Source: Candidatus Obscuribacterales bacterium
GTDB taxonomy: Bacteria; Cyanobacteriota; Vampirovibrionia; Obscuribacterales; Obscuribacteraceae
Assembly (NCBI GenBank): GCA_965228855.1
Contig: CBDDIJ010000003.1
Span: 2,720,001-2,784,000 of the forward strand
DNA length: 64,000 nt
Direction: 5' to 3'
Positions 46,056 through 59,213 of the stretch are shown in pieces; position 1 is the stretch's first letter; each line of letters begins with the position of its first letter. A program made the translations under genes and the position numbers. Below the pieces are notes generated by a model, which was not told the DNA's origin, made no database searches, and saw only the letters and a program-made list of their open reading frames with translations.

Positions 46056-46838
46056 CTAAAATTTCCTTCGCTCATCATTAATGCGCCAGATGGGGTCGGA
46101 TTCGCGCAACTCCATATTAACCGCTAAGACATCTTTGAGAAGCTGCTTAACCTCAGGCGGCGCGCCGCTGTCAAGGTCCTCGCGAGCAAACATCGAGTGA
46201 ATGCTGTCGACCTGTTCATACGGACTATCATCCGGTCTGTCAACGGTACGCTTGCGAAGCAAATCCACCATTGCCGCTTGATCCGGATCACCATCCGTAT
46301 AGAGTTTCATCACTTTGCTCGCCTGATTGAAAGCGATGTCGCGCGGATCGGTTTTCTCAAACTGAGAATTATCGTCCAGGAAAGCTCGGTCTGAGCGTTC
46401 AGCCATCACGCCTTGTTCGGTATACATGTAATAGAGATGCTCATAAGGCTTGAGTTTTCGTTCCAACTCCTGCAGCTTGTCGTACTGTTCGCCTTTTGCG
46501 TCATTAGTCAATAGATCTTCTTTAGAAGCGGTCGTCTTCCCGTCCCCGGTGCTCTGGGAGACAACCAGATCGATGTCCAGCAATTCCCCAGTACTTTTAT
46601 CAATGGTCGAATCAGGCTGAATCCTTTTGCCGGTACCCTTGACGGCCTGTTCACCGTTATAGTTAATTGCATTGCTATCAAGGTCTTTGGCGAACTGCAG
46701 CTGCTCTCCCTTCGACAAACTATGTATCTCATCGTGAAAGGCGGATATATTCGAGCCCTGCTCCGCGGAATCCATAACTCTGTCGGCCAGGTCTTGAGTT
46801 TTAGTCTTCTCCGCCGGCTTATGTAGTTGCTCTCCCAT
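46056..46838 (-). CDS. Hypothetical acidic protein
   Basis: 260-aa ORF with AGGAGAG RBS upstream; no recognised motif. Confidence 0.65.
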   Translation of the reverse strand: MGEQLHKPAEKTKTQDLADRVMDSAEQGSNISAFHDEIHSLSKGEQLQFAKDLDSNAINYNGEQAVKGTGKRIQPDSTIDKSTGELLDIDLVVSQSTGDGKTTASKEDLLTNDAKGEQYDKLQELERKLKPYEHLYYMYTEQGVMAERSDRAFLDDNSQFEKTDPRDIAFNQASKVMKLYTDGDPDQAAMVDLLRKRTVDRPDDSPYEQVDSIHSMFAREDLDSGAPPEVKQLLKDVLAVNMELRESDPIWRINDERRKF

Positions 46839-46943
46839 GATTCTCTCCTGCGTGCCTTCTCATACCGTATATGCCCATTGGCGATGCGACCGACATTAAC
46901 TTTGAGCGGGCAAATCCCGTAAAATTGAGACGGCGGAATTCGG

Positions 46944-48608
46944 TTGCGACAAGGAAATTTGCTTGGAATGAGCGGCTCTGACGAAGAATATTCAGAAAAC
47001 ACAGACGAAAATCATCAGACAGAAAATTATCGTCCGACCGCAGAAGAACTCAGCAACGTCATCGAGCTGAATGATTTCAGACATGACTATGAGAACATGC
47101 GACCCGGTCTTCTATCGAGAACGCGGCTTACTATTGCGGCTGTGGCGTTATTCTTCATCGCCCTGATTCTGGTACCGGCTCTCACGCCACTGGGTGAACT
47201 TCTGCCGAGCAATGGTCTTACAAGAACAGACGTCGGAAAATTTAGAGTCGATGTTTTTGAGCTTCCTTCGTTGAAGCGTGTCGAAAACCGCATGACCACT
47301 CTCAATTCGTCTGTCATTTTGGAGCAACTGGGCTGGTCGACAATGTTTAGAGCCCACGACGAACACGATAACCACGCTTACTTTGAATTGAAGGTGACTG
47401 ATTTTGTGCCGTTGAAAATTGGCGAAAACGGTTCTCTTCCGAGGACTTCAGAGAAAACACTATCGCACTTTTCTTTCATGAGAAAGGATGGAAAGTTTTT
47501 TGTTTTCAAGAACGACACAAAGCTCACGGAAGTGGCTGGTATTGCATCTGGTGACATTCAGAATTGGAATCTAAATGAATGTCCGCCGTTAATATTTAAC
47601 TACGGAAAGTCAGCAGCACTATATGACGTTAAAACTGCGGGCGCTTCCTCCGTGGCGTATATAGCAGACTTAAACAATCCGTCGGCAATTCTCGTGCCGG
47701 AATTTCAAAGTTTGGAAACAGTGGCCGCAGATCGATTTGGCAAACAATTTTTCGCATTGAGCAGTGACACCATACACGATACCGCTCTTACTCAGAGAAA
47801 ACTGGTTGGCGCTAACTTCGATTACAAACCACCAGCGGTGGCAACCTTCGACACCGGAGTTTTGATGGAGACGAAATTATTCCATTGCGGACCAGCAGCG
47901 ACATTGGCCTTGATAGACGCCGAAAAACTGAGAGTTATCAGCGCACGCGATGGGCAGCCTATTGCGGTTTATTATTTCAAAGAGATTTTCGATGAACAGC
48001 AACAGAAAGATATGGCAGACACCGAACCTAAATCTGGAGATCCGGCCGGGCAAAATCGACTGTCTCATCCGCGTTTCGAAGTTCTCCCCGGAGTGCCGGC
48101 GGCAATTTGCGGAGACGAACTAATTGACATGCGCTCAGGAAAAATTGTTGATACCTTGAGGAATTTTTCGAAATTCAGCGCTTTGACAGTCGATTACAAA
48201 CATCAGATTTTCTACTACAGTTCTAACGAAGTAAGCGGGCATCCAACCGCTTCTTACATGACGGTAAACGTTTACGACCTGGACAAGGTATCACTGGTCA
48301 ATCAGGTTGTACTCGGACCGCAGAGCATGCGCGCACCGGTGAAGAAGGAAACCGCTGATGTCGAGGAGCAGCGCCTGGACAGCATTCAACACCTATTCGT
48401 CACAGAGGACGACAAGCTTATCGTGGTAACGGCTCCGGCTGACGAAGCGCGGCTCAATCGTTTCGAGCCCATGAAAATTAAGAACCCGGAGCTAACACTC
48501 CGGGTTCGGGGGATACGGGAGACACTAATCCGTGCGGCAAGACACGGAGTGGACCAAGAACGCTTAAAACTCAATCCACACAACCATTTTATGTTCGCGC
48601 GCCGTTAA
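46944..48608 (+). CDS. Hypothetical membrane-anchored protein (beta-rich extracytoplasmic region)
   Basis: One TM (LTIAAVALFFIALILVPAL) after a charged N-terminus; long ORF; start uncertain. Confidence 0.65.
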   Translation: MRQGNLLGMSGSDEEYSENTDENHQTENYRPTAEELSNVIELNDFRHDYENMRPGLLSRTRLTIAAVALFFIALILVPALTPLGELLPSNGLTRTDVGKFRVDVFELPSLKRVENRMTTLNSSVILEQLGWSTMFRAHDEHDNHAYFELKVTDFVPLKIGENGSLPRTSEKTLSHFSFMRKDGKFFVFKNDTKLTEVAGIASGDIQNWNLNECPPLIFNYGKSAALYDVKTAGASSVAYIADLNNPSAILVPEFQSLETVAADRFGKQFFALSSDTIHDTALTQRKLVGANFDYKPPAVATFDTGVLMETKLFHCGPAATLALIDAEKLRVISARDGQPIAVYYFKEIFDEQQQKDMADTEPKSGDPAGQNRLSHPRFEVLPGVPAAICGDELIDMRSGKIVDTLRNFSKFSALTVDYKHQIFYYSSNEVSGHPTASYMTVNVYDLDKVSLVNQVVLGPQSMRAPVKKETADVEEQRLDSIQHLFVTEDDKLIVVTAPADEARLNRFEPMKIKNPELTLRVRGIRETLIRAARHGVDQERLKLNPHNHFMFARR

Positions 48609-48696
48609 TTACATCACCTATTCAGGCGATTTGAAAAACACTCACCCTGGCTAAACCGTCTTAGACCTTGCGCAATCAAAATAGATGCGAATTCAG

Positions 48697-49638
48697 CTAA
48701 AATGCCACAGGTTGGAGCTTAAGAGCTTCATGCACTTCGTACTTGCGCATCTGAGCCTCGATGTCAGCTTCGCGAAGCACCCCGGTTTCGGTGACCAGCC
48801 CACTGAGCAGCTCAAACGGCACCAGGTCGAACTGATGGTTCAGGAGCGAAACGCCTTTGGGAGCATCGCTCCAGACTTCCTCGCCCGGTCGATCATGTGA
48901 TTCGAATTCAAAGAGACGTTCGTCACCGACGAACTTTTCAGAACCTGATAGTGCGTACAACGGCACTTTCAATTCACGGCAAGCTACAGCCAGCATCCAG
49001 GAGCCGACTTTGTTAACCACTCCCGGTCTGGCAATGCAATCGCACCCCATGAAAGCAGTTGCGCAATTCGGCAGAATCAGACTCATGGCGTTATCGAAGG
49101 TGTGAATGACCTCGATCCCGCCTGACGCGAAGCGCGCAGCAAGTTTGCGCCCTTCCATACTCGGTCTGGCCTCTGTGCAGGCGACTCGGAAATAGCGTCC
49201 CCGGGCACGGGCATTCAGCAGAGCCGAAACCACGGTCGAGCTGAATGAATAAGCGAACACCAGTGAGCCGGGCTCAATCAGGTCGTAAGCGGCATCGGCA
49301 ATCGTCGCTGCACTTTCACACAACATCTTCTCGTAGTCATCGAGAGTTTTCTGGCACTTCTCGGACAATTCCTGCGTGGTTGCGGCATCGTCTATGGCTA
49401 TAAGAACCTTGTTGCACAGGTGAAACAGCGGCGCCATCGCCGGTTGACCAGAAACCAGCTCTTTGCTTGCCTGTTGGATTAAACCGCGAACGACCTCAGG
49501 CGATTCCTTCGCCTTTTCGGTAAAAATAGTTTGAAACACCACAATGGCACGAAGCGCCAGTTCTGCAGCCCCCGACAAAAGGTCCTCTTTTATCGGCGCG
49601 ACCAGCTCGGAAATCCATTCTGAATCAGACTTGCTCAT
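48697..49638 (-). CDS. eIF-2B alpha/beta/delta family protein (MtnA/R15P isomerase superfamily)
   Basis: SGAAELA, QPAMAPL, SFSSTV, TEARPSMEG, GCD, NKVGS, FDLVP..L..GLVTETG. Confidence 0.85.
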   Translation of the reverse strand: MSKSDSEWISELVAPIKEDLLSGAAELALRAIVVFQTIFTEKAKESPEVVRGLIQQASKELVSGQPAMAPLFHLCNKVLIAIDDAATTQELSEKCQKTLDDYEKMLCESAATIADAAYDLIEPGSLVFAYSFSSTVVSALLNARARGRYFRVACTEARPSMEGRKLAARFASGGIEVIHTFDNAMSLILPNCATAFMGCDCIARPGVVNKVGSWMLAVACRELKVPLYALSGSEKFVGDERLFEFESHDRPGEEVWSDAPKGVSLLNHQFDLVPFELLSGLVTETGVLREADIEAQMRKYEVHEALKLQPVAF

Positions 49639-49752
49639 GACAATCACCCTAAGAAAACAGCTCTTCGACTGAAAAACCAGCCGTGACATCCCTGATTACA
49701 AGATGGAGGACATCGAAAACAATACCAGTTTAACGGCTTGTCAACGAAAACT

Positions 49753-51357
49753 CTAGAGCTTAGCTTCGGCTAGCGCTTCAGTCATCTGGCGAGTCAGTAT
49801 GGGCATTTTGTCTTCGGTTGAGACATGAGCCCAAGGCAATATTTCGGTTTCCGGAATATCTCGATAGGCGTAGTACTTCAATGAGGGAACGGAATCCTCG
49901 TACTCTCGAAGGACCTTTTTCCAGACTCCAAGAGACTCTCCGGCTTTCGCAACCGCGGTCAGAACCGGAGTGAGTCGCCGGTCACCGCGCGAGAGAAGAG
50001 CCTGTATATCGCTCCAGTTGTGACTTTCCACACGGACATCCACACCAATCTTGGCTAGATTTTTGCGTAGATACTCCAATTTTTGCTTGGACTGCGGATC
50101 TCTCCCCTTCCATTGAAAGGGCGTTTGAGCTTTGGGCACGAAAGAAGTGCAACCAAAAACGAACTTCAGCTTTTTATGCGTCTTTTTCAACTCGGTGATC
50201 AGGCGCGCTGTTTCACTGATGTCGTCTATTGTCTCGAAAGGCAATCCGGCAATACCATAGAATTTCAAACCGCTCATGCCACCAGATTCGATGGCATCCA
50301 CAGCGTGAACGATCTCGGTTTCGGTCAGATTCTTTTTCATGATTCGACGCAAACGTTCCGACCCGGACTCGATTGCAATAGTTACCGATTTTTGCCCGAG
50401 CGCTCTCAGTTTTCCAACTAGTTCGGCGTTCAGAGTATCCGCTCGGACGGACGCTACCGTCACACTCAGCCCCTCGCGAGAAAGTAAACCGTCGAGTACA
50501 TTGTCAAACTCGGGATGTTCGGTTATCGACGGTCCCATCAATCCAATTTTATTCGTAAACTGACGAGCTAGATCCACCTTCTTCAAAATCGTGTCCACAG
50601 GCGCTGTTCGAAACGGGCGAGTCAGATAACTGGCAAGACAAAAGCGACACTCCTGCGGGCAACTACGCGCAATCTCAATCAAAAATGTTTCGTTCCAGGT
50701 CGTATCGGGCGACAGCATTATCGAATGAGCCACATAATCTTCCGGGGCGCGGAAAAGCAGTTTTGACACTCGTTCCGGTGTTTCCTCATGCAAAGCGTTA
50801 ACTGCCGAAATCGGTCCGGTTGCACTCTCGAATTCGAATTCGTAAAGAGATGGAACGTACACGCCGGGATAAGTTGATAGCTTCAACAAGCGCTCGCGTC
50901 GGTCTGAGACCCCCTTCAACTCTCGCATCGCATCAAGCAATCGGGGGATCGTTACCTCCGCGTCCCCCAAAAGGACGACGTCGAAGATGTCGGCATATGG
51001 TTCCGGGTTGGCGGATAGAACAGGACCTCCGCCGAAGACGATTGGATCTTCATCGGTCCGGTCTTTAGACAGCCAGGGAATTCCGTGCTTCTCCAACATG
51101 CCAAAAACGTTGATGAAATCTAGCTCCCACGAGATGGTGAAGCCAAACAACCGGCAATCACGAGAAACATCCTCAGACACATCTTTGAACACTCGACTGA
51201 CTCGAACGTCCGGTGCGCTGTCAAACAAATCATAGATTAGCTGAAATCCCAGCCCGGACATACCGATCGAATAGTCGTGCGGAAAGCACCAGGCGACTTC
51301 AATTTCAGCCTGAGTCTTCGGATGCTTTGGAATTAATCGAATTTCCCGTTCGAACAT
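49753..51357 (-). CDS. B12-binding-domain radical SAM protein
   Basis: YSIGMSGLG, GGPVLSANPEP, LGDAE, EIARSCPQECRFC (CxxxCxxC), ESGSERLR, FVPKAQTPFQW. Confidence 0.88.
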   Translation of the reverse strand: MFEREIRLIPKHPKTQAEIEVAWCFPHDYSIGMSGLGFQLIYDLFDSAPDVRVSRVFKDVSEDVSRDCRLFGFTISWELDFINVFGMLEKHGIPWLSKDRTDEDPIVFGGGPVLSANPEPYADIFDVVLLGDAEVTIPRLLDAMRELKGVSDRRERLLKLSTYPGVYVPSLYEFEFESATGPISAVNALHEETPERVSKLLFRAPEDYVAHSIMLSPDTTWNETFLIEIARSCPQECRFCLASYLTRPFRTAPVDTILKKVDLARQFTNKIGLMGPSITEHPEFDNVLDGLLSREGLSVTVASVRADTLNAELVGKLRALGQKSVTIAIESGSERLRRIMKKNLTETEIVHAVDAIESGGMSGLKFYGIAGLPFETIDDISETARLITELKKTHKKLKFVFGCTSFVPKAQTPFQWKGRDPQSKQKLEYLRKNLAKIGVDVRVESHNWSDIQALLSRGDRRLTPVLTAVAKAGESLGVWKKVLREYEDSVPSLKYYAYRDIPETEILPWAHVSTEDKMPILTRQMTEALAEAKL

Positions 51358-51439
51358 GATTCACATTCTCGCAGAATAATTGCGGAAGAACAGCGGCTGT
51401 ACAGCATTGTGACAATTTCGGTTCTGAGAGAAACCCAGT

Positions 51440-53932
51440 CTACTTTGCCATCATCTGAAGCAGAGACTTTTCGAGAGCCTCCACCGACTCTTTCTGGCGA
51501 TAGACGCGATGGACGTTTTCCTTGATCTGCTTTCGCAAGTCTTCACGGTAGTCCTTATCCTCTGCCAATTTAACCGCCGCGTCGACGTATCCATCCATCG
51601 AATCAACAATCGTGCTTGTCACCCCGATTCCTTCAAGAACACGGGCAGTTTGCATCGAACGCATGAATTTACCAGGCAGGGTGACTGGAACAATTCCTGT
51701 CTCCAAAGCCTCCAGTGTCGTCATCAAGCCGGAATTGAGAGGCGTATCGAGGAATACATGCCCTGACTCGCAAAGTCCGAAGTACTGGTCGTGAGATAAC
51801 TCAGGTAAGAACACGACATATTCTTGCGCGTTCAAACCGTGCTTCTCAAACGCTTGCGTCATGCGGTTCATCAGCAAAGGCGCTAAACGTGAATTTTTCC
51901 GACCGAATATGAATTGAGCGTTCGGCACCCGTTTAGCTATCCTCGGTAAAAGTTCATCATACTGCGGCAAATACTTATGCAAATGCTGGAGGCAGAGAAA
52001 GAGGGTCGAATTCGGCTTGACTCCTAGCTCCTGCAGGTCCACTTCACGAGGTTTTACACCGGCCGGTTCGTAAAACGATCCCAACCCAGGTAGACGAGTT
52101 ATGCTCTCCGAGTAGTGTTCATGGGCATCTTGCGGTTCCATCAATTCACTAACAAAGTAATGGTCTATTGTCGGCAAGCCCATCGTGATCGGGTGTCCGT
52201 AGCTGGCACACTGGACTGGAGCCAATTTCAGAGAGGCTAAACGGTATGTGTGCGACTCCAAACCAAGACCCGGATAGATGAGAATATCCTGACCGTCAGC
52301 AATAATTCGATCTCTCATCGATTCGAACTCCGAGAGTTCAACATAGTGCTCAAATAGCTCTCGCGCTTCCTCTGTTGATTTATCGCGATAAGCATTGGTC
52401 GAATATGCAGTGACTTCAAAGCGCGACTTGTCGAGTTGTTTAGCCCAACCGCGAATGATGCATTTATATACGGTATGGTCGTGGAACTGGTGAGAAACAA
52501 TGCCGACTCGCACTCTTCGAGAGGTAATCGGCTTCGGCGTGGCGAAATCCGAACATTCCGGTTTATGAGTAAGACTCGCCGAGTCGCAACACGCGCTGAT
52601 AGCAGATCCGGAGCACTCAGGATATAAGTGAGCCATAACGTCGCAGGCCAAACTTCCGAGAGTTCTCTGTAAGTCTTTAAAATTCCTGTCGTGAAGAATC
52701 AGATAGAAGGGCGTGATAAAACGCATGGCATCAGCTGTTTCAGCAGCGTATTTATCAAGGTCGGAACGAATATGTTCGACCAGCGAATTGACCGAGCTTT
52801 CGTAAAGATCGAACGAGTTCGAAATCTCGTCGTCCTCCTCATAGAAGCACTTTAGCTGGGTCATGGCCAGACCCCAGCGGGGAGTGATTGCAGCAGGTTT
52901 TAACTCCTGCGCTCGAGCAAAAGCCTCATGAGCCTCTGCATCGCACTGGATTTGCGTGAGCGCAACAGCCAGGTCAAGCCAACCTTCATAAAGATCCGGG
53001 GCAAGCATAACCACTTTATCGAGAACTTCAACGGATTCTTCAAAACGACCAATCAGATTCAGAGCCTGACCATAGTTTCTCAAAACATTGATGTCATCCG
53101 GGTTTTGACGAACAAGTTTCGCCAGGGTCTCAACAGCCTGGTCATGTTCGCCGGATTGCGTTTGGAGCACTGCAAGATTGTTTCGTGCTTCACCGAAATT
53201 TGGTTTGAACCTTACCGCTTTCTCGAGATGCTTCTTGGCCTCGAGAAGCTCGCCTGCACTGGTCAATGCGACGCCAAGATTATTCTGCAACTCGGCAGAG
53301 GACGGTTCAATCGCCTCCGCCATCTTATAGTGCTCAATTGCCTCGTTGAACTTGCCCTGATCCGAATAGCAAGTTCCAATCTCGCACCGGGCCTGAAAGT
53401 GCTTGGGGTCAAGCTTCAGCGCCCTTTCCAGGGAGTCGACGGCCTCGTCATACCGCTTCAAACCGCGAAGAGACAGCCCGAGGTTGTAGTGAACATCGGC
53501 ATAATCAGGCTGAATTGTCGCAGCCTTTCGATAGTGCTTAACGGCAGTTTCCAAATCGCCGCTGGCTGCAAATGCCGCAGCCAGATTGAAGAATGCGGGA
53601 AAACACTTAGGGTCGACTTCTATTGCCTTTGCGTAATAGAACTGAGCGGCTTTCATATCGCCGGCGACTTTAAGCAGCGTGCCAAGGTTGTTCAACAAGG
53701 CAACGCTGTCAGGCATAATATCGACGGCTTGCTTGCTGCAATTGATTGCGGCAGCCAGACTTCCTTCCTGATAATGAATCATGGACATCAAGTGCAGCGC
53801 ATCGACATTGCCGGGATCGCTGGCGAGAACTTGCTTCACGACGCCCTTGGCGTAGTCGATTTTGCCTGCAGCGATTTGCTGCGCCGCAACCTGCAATGAT
53901 TGGTTGGCGTTTAGATATCGTGGTGTCGTCAT
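51440..53932 (-). CDS. TPR-repeat O-linked glycosyltransferase (GT41, OGT/SPINDLY family)
   Basis: About 10 TPRs, then RVGIVS..F.DHTV, LAPVQC..YGHPITMGLPTIDHY, KYLP, FLDT...TTLEAL..G..PVTLPG. The ATG at 53932 is preferred. Confidence 0.88.
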   Translation of the reverse strand: MTTPRYLNANQSLQVAAQQIAAGKIDYAKGVVKQVLASDPGNVDALHLMSMIHYQEGSLAAAINCSKQAVDIMPDSVALLNNLGTLLKVAGDMKAAQFYYAKAIEVDPKCFPAFFNLAAAFAASGDLETAVKHYRKAATIQPDYADVHYNLGLSLRGLKRYDEAVDSLERALKLDPKHFQARCEIGTCYSDQGKFNEAIEHYKMAEAIEPSSAELQNNLGVALTSAGELLEAKKHLEKAVRFKPNFGEARNNLAVLQTQSGEHDQAVETLAKLVRQNPDDINVLRNYGQALNLIGRFEESVEVLDKVVMLAPDLYEGWLDLAVALTQIQCDAEAHEAFARAQELKPAAITPRWGLAMTQLKCFYEEDDEISNSFDLYESSVNSLVEHIRSDLDKYAAETADAMRFITPFYLILHDRNFKDLQRTLGSLACDVMAHLYPECSGSAISACCDSASLTHKPECSDFATPKPITSRRVRVGIVSHQFHDHTVYKCIIRGWAKQLDKSRFEVTAYSTNAYRDKSTEEARELFEHYVELSEFESMRDRIIADGQDILIYPGLGLESHTYRLASLKLAPVQCASYGHPITMGLPTIDHYFVSELMEPQDAHEHYSESITRLPGLGSFYEPAGVKPREVDLQELGVKPNSTLFLCLQHLHKYLPQYDELLPRIAKRVPNAQFIFGRKNSRLAPLLMNRMTQAFEKHGLNAQEYVVFLPELSHDQYFGLCESGHVFLDTPLNSGLMTTLEALETGIVPVTLPGKFMRSMQTARVLEGIGVTSTIVDSMDGYVDAAVKLAEDKDYREDLRKQIKENVHRVYRQKESVEALEKSLLQMMAK

Positions 53933-54214
53933 AATAGCTACCAGACTCGAATTCCTTCGTATGCTAGCGCTTATCTTCCACCATCCCATTAAGTGATTAT
54001 CAGACTTGCAGAGCAAGTTTCGCCCCTGCCACCATATACGATGGCAGTAGACTCGCAGTAGATTCGCAGCGCCAGTTGAGAAAAGGGCACAGCTAATGCC
54101 GTGCCCTCCGTTTATCTTGTATGTAAGCTTTCCGGCGCCAATATAATGAGTCGAGCTAACGATCTAAGTGGCGGTTGCGAGGAGCCGGACGCTCATGAAA
54201 ACCAGCTTTGCCGG

Positions 54215-54577
54215 TCAGGTTCCTACTTGAGGAATGTGCTTGCTCCAGTCAGCTCCGAGATTATCGAAAAACTGATGGGCGCAGAGGACATCATCGTAGG
54301 TGATTTTTGGTTTATCTGACAAACGAGCTTTGTCACGCTTAGTCCATTCACCAAAATTTTTCGGTTTACAACGCTCTCGTCTAGGACTGGTCCCGACAAT
54401 CGCCACCCCCAGGGGGTTCCCGCAGGAATTGCAGGTTACTCGTACAACTAGTACGCCTGGCTCTTGTCTTAACAGCTCTATACCATCCTCACGGAATGGT
54501 CGAGAGCAAAATCTGCACGATTTTTGCTGAAAGTACTCTTGTATAGCCTGGAATCCACCACCATGGTCAGTTCCCAT
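54215..54577 (-). CDS. Small zinc-ribbon-like protein
   Basis: CRFC...CNSC pairs; C-terminal ITYDDVLCAHQFF. Confidence 0.65.
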   Translation of the reverse strand: MGTDHGGGFQAIQEYFQQKSCRFCSRPFREDGIELLRQEPGVLVVRVTCNSCGNPLGVAIVGTSPRRERCKPKNFGEWTKRDKARLSDKPKITYDDVLCAHQFFDNLGADWSKHIPQVGT

Positions 54578-54828
54578 GTATCCGCCACTTCTAGGTTCGC
54601 TTTGCGAACTGTAAGATCACACAACCCAATTTTTTGTTATTGTAATTAGCTCGACACGAAAGTCGGACCACAATCATTTTCGTACCAATTTATTCGGTGC
54701 CGGAAATGACAAAGTGATCCGGTGCTTTAGGATTATACTTCAAGCGCAAAAAAATGCATCAGCAACATTTGCGTTTTTCGAAAAATTCTCCTGATAAAAA
54801 TGGACAGTGATACCACCCATGGAGCTAA

Positions 54829-56160
<1,332 letters not shown>

Positions 56161-56185
56161 ATCAACTCTATTGAGTAGCTACCAA

Positions 56186-56224
56186 ATGTCCGATGATCAT
56201 CTCGATCATCGGACATCCTTTTTT
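56186..56224 (+). terminator. Rho-independent terminator after eno
   Basis: Perfect 13-bp stem ATGTCCGATGATC / GATCATCGGACAT with a 5-nt loop, followed by CCTTTTTT. Confidence 0.8.
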
Positions 56225-56256
56225 ACCCCTGCTTCTTCTCCATCGAGAAGAACTGA

Positions 56257-57081
56257 CTATTCTTTGCGTTCGCCCTGCGCGATTGTGTTGACCGCTCCTA
56301 CACGCGTAAGAACGGAAACCGTGCGATAACGACCTACGTAGCGGCCGTCCATATATTGGTCGACATAGCTTTTGCAATCCAAACGATCGGTTCCGGTCTG
56401 CATGAAGTGGTCACGTGATCTGGAGGCCCAGGAGCCGTTCATTCCTTCGCCAAAATAATAGCTCGTGCGATCGGTCTGCGCTTCTCGGCTGCTCCAGCTC
56501 ATTGCTGACGCCTGTGTCTCGGTCCAGCCCGGTTGAGCCCAGCGCGCAACAACTCTTCCGCCCGGAACTTCAACGAAACTCACTTCGCTTACCAATTCGG
56601 TTCCGACAGCTACTGTGTCGACCGCAGAGTCGACAACACGGGTTACACATTGCCAGCGTCCGGAATAATTCTCGGGGAACGAGTTCGGAGGTGGAACCAC
56701 CTGACCGGCGTTTGGACTACGACCGTAGGCTACTGTGGGCGCTTTTCCAAGGCTGGGTTGTCCATTACCAAAACTTTGAGTCTGAGTGGGCGCTACCTTT
56801 ATAGAAGGTTTGGCGACCTCGTCCGCGATCGGAGCACCACCGGTGGTTAATATCTGAGGGGCGTCCACCGCATCCGGTACAGCACCTCTGGTGGTATCAC
56901 CAGAGCCATTATCCATATCGATTGCTTCGATATGTCCATTCAGCAATGCCGCATTTGCAGGGCTGTTTGACAGGACTCCTATTGTCGATGCCGCCACCAT
57001 AATGAACAAACCTGACATAAGGTTCTTCATTTTCAGTTCGGTACCAAATAGGGTGTCATCAAATCGCTTCATGGGTTTCAA
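56257..57081 (-). CDS. Secreted hypothetical protein (C-terminal beta-barrel-like domain)
   Basis: Signal-peptide-like MKNLMSGLFIMVAASTIGVLSNSPANA (start probably downstream of the ORF-track start), linker, then beta-rich FPENYSGRWQC... domain. Confidence 0.65.
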   Translation of the reverse strand: MKPMKRFDDTLFGTELKMKNLMSGLFIMVAASTIGVLSNSPANAALLNGHIEAIDMDNGSGDTTRGAVPDAVDAPQILTTGGAPIADEVAKPSIKVAPTQTQSFGNGQPSLGKAPTVAYGRSPNAGQVVPPPNSFPENYSGRWQCVTRVVDSAVDTVAVGTELVSEVSFVEVPGGRVVARWAQPGWTETQASAMSWSSREAQTDRTSYYFGEGMNGSWASRSRDHFMQTGTDRLDCKSYVDQYMDGRYVGRYRTVSVLTRVGAVNTIAQGERKE

Positions 57082-57428
57082 AATATCACAAGATTATCCG
57101 GGTTGCCAAAATTATCATGCCCTTGAAAGCGCACACTTAGACCTATTCTGAATTTCATCCAGAAATCTTAAGCTTTCCACTTGACAATAGCAAGTTAATC
57201 CTTGTGTTTGCAACAAGTCTTCTAAGAGCATCGGTTGTACGTTCTGAATAGCATTTATGAGTGGTAACATAGCAGCCTACGTGGTCCTTTCAGCCCTACA
57301 ACTGGGCTTTGAGCGGTTTCGCCTCAGAAGAGACGATTGCAACCGACATCATAAAACCCCGACAGATGGCTGTTTCGACCTCAGTGGTATTCTTCCCACG
57401 ACAAAAGTACAAAACGTTATAGAGGTAG

Positions 57429-58709
<1,281 letters not shown>

Positions 58710-58733
58710 GCTCAGCTACGAACTAGAAGCTCT

Positions 58734-58765
58734 AAAACGCCGGACGCTATGCGACCGGCGTTTTT
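58734..58765 (+). terminator. Rho-independent terminator after ahcY
   Basis: AAAACGCCGG...CCGGCGTTTTT hairpin with a U tract. Confidence 0.8.
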
Positions 58766-58922
58766 AATTCGCGCGCAAGGTGCCGATTCGAACTCGCGCC
58801 CAACTGAACTAGCACCTTCACGACTCCTTTACTTTACAAATCACTGCTTAACCAACTGCGGTCAAACTAGGTGGTGTTACCTCCGCAAAAACACACCGTA
58901 TAAACGGCAATACCAAGCGACC

Positions 58923-59213
58923 ATGAGCCAATCGCACAAACAAAACCTGCCAAAATCTGCCGCACATCCGTCAGCCCATGAGGTTCAACATACGCTGGTC
59001 ATCGGGCTGGCTATAGTCTTACTAAGTCTTGTGTCTCTATTCATGTATAACGGTGTAAAAGAATTGCGCCTCAGTAAGAACAATCATGAGCTTGTCAGGC
59101 GTCAGGCGATCATGCGAAAGCACAACCTTGTGCGCCAGTACGATCGAGATCACGATAAACAGATTAATCAGGACGAGGCGAACTTCGGAGCGCTTAACTC
59201 GTATCAGTTTTGA
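58923..59213 (+). CDS. Small single-TM hypothetical protein
   Basis: From ATG 58923: MSQSHK...LVIGLAIVLLSLVSLFMY, then a charged helix. Confidence 0.5.
   Translation: MSQSHKQNLPKSAAHPSAHEVQHTLVIGLAIVLLSLVSLFMYNGVKELRLSKNNHELVRRQAIMRKHNLVRQYDRDHDKQINQDEANFGALNSYQF

Noticed and set aside
52928..53899. 323-aa plus-strand ORF
   Set aside because: Antisense to the TPR region of the GT41 gene; typical shadow ORF.
54026..54070. Small hairpin and GCAGTAGA(C/T)TC direct repeat upstream of the GT41 gene
   Set aside because: Only two short copies; insufficient to call a regulatory site.
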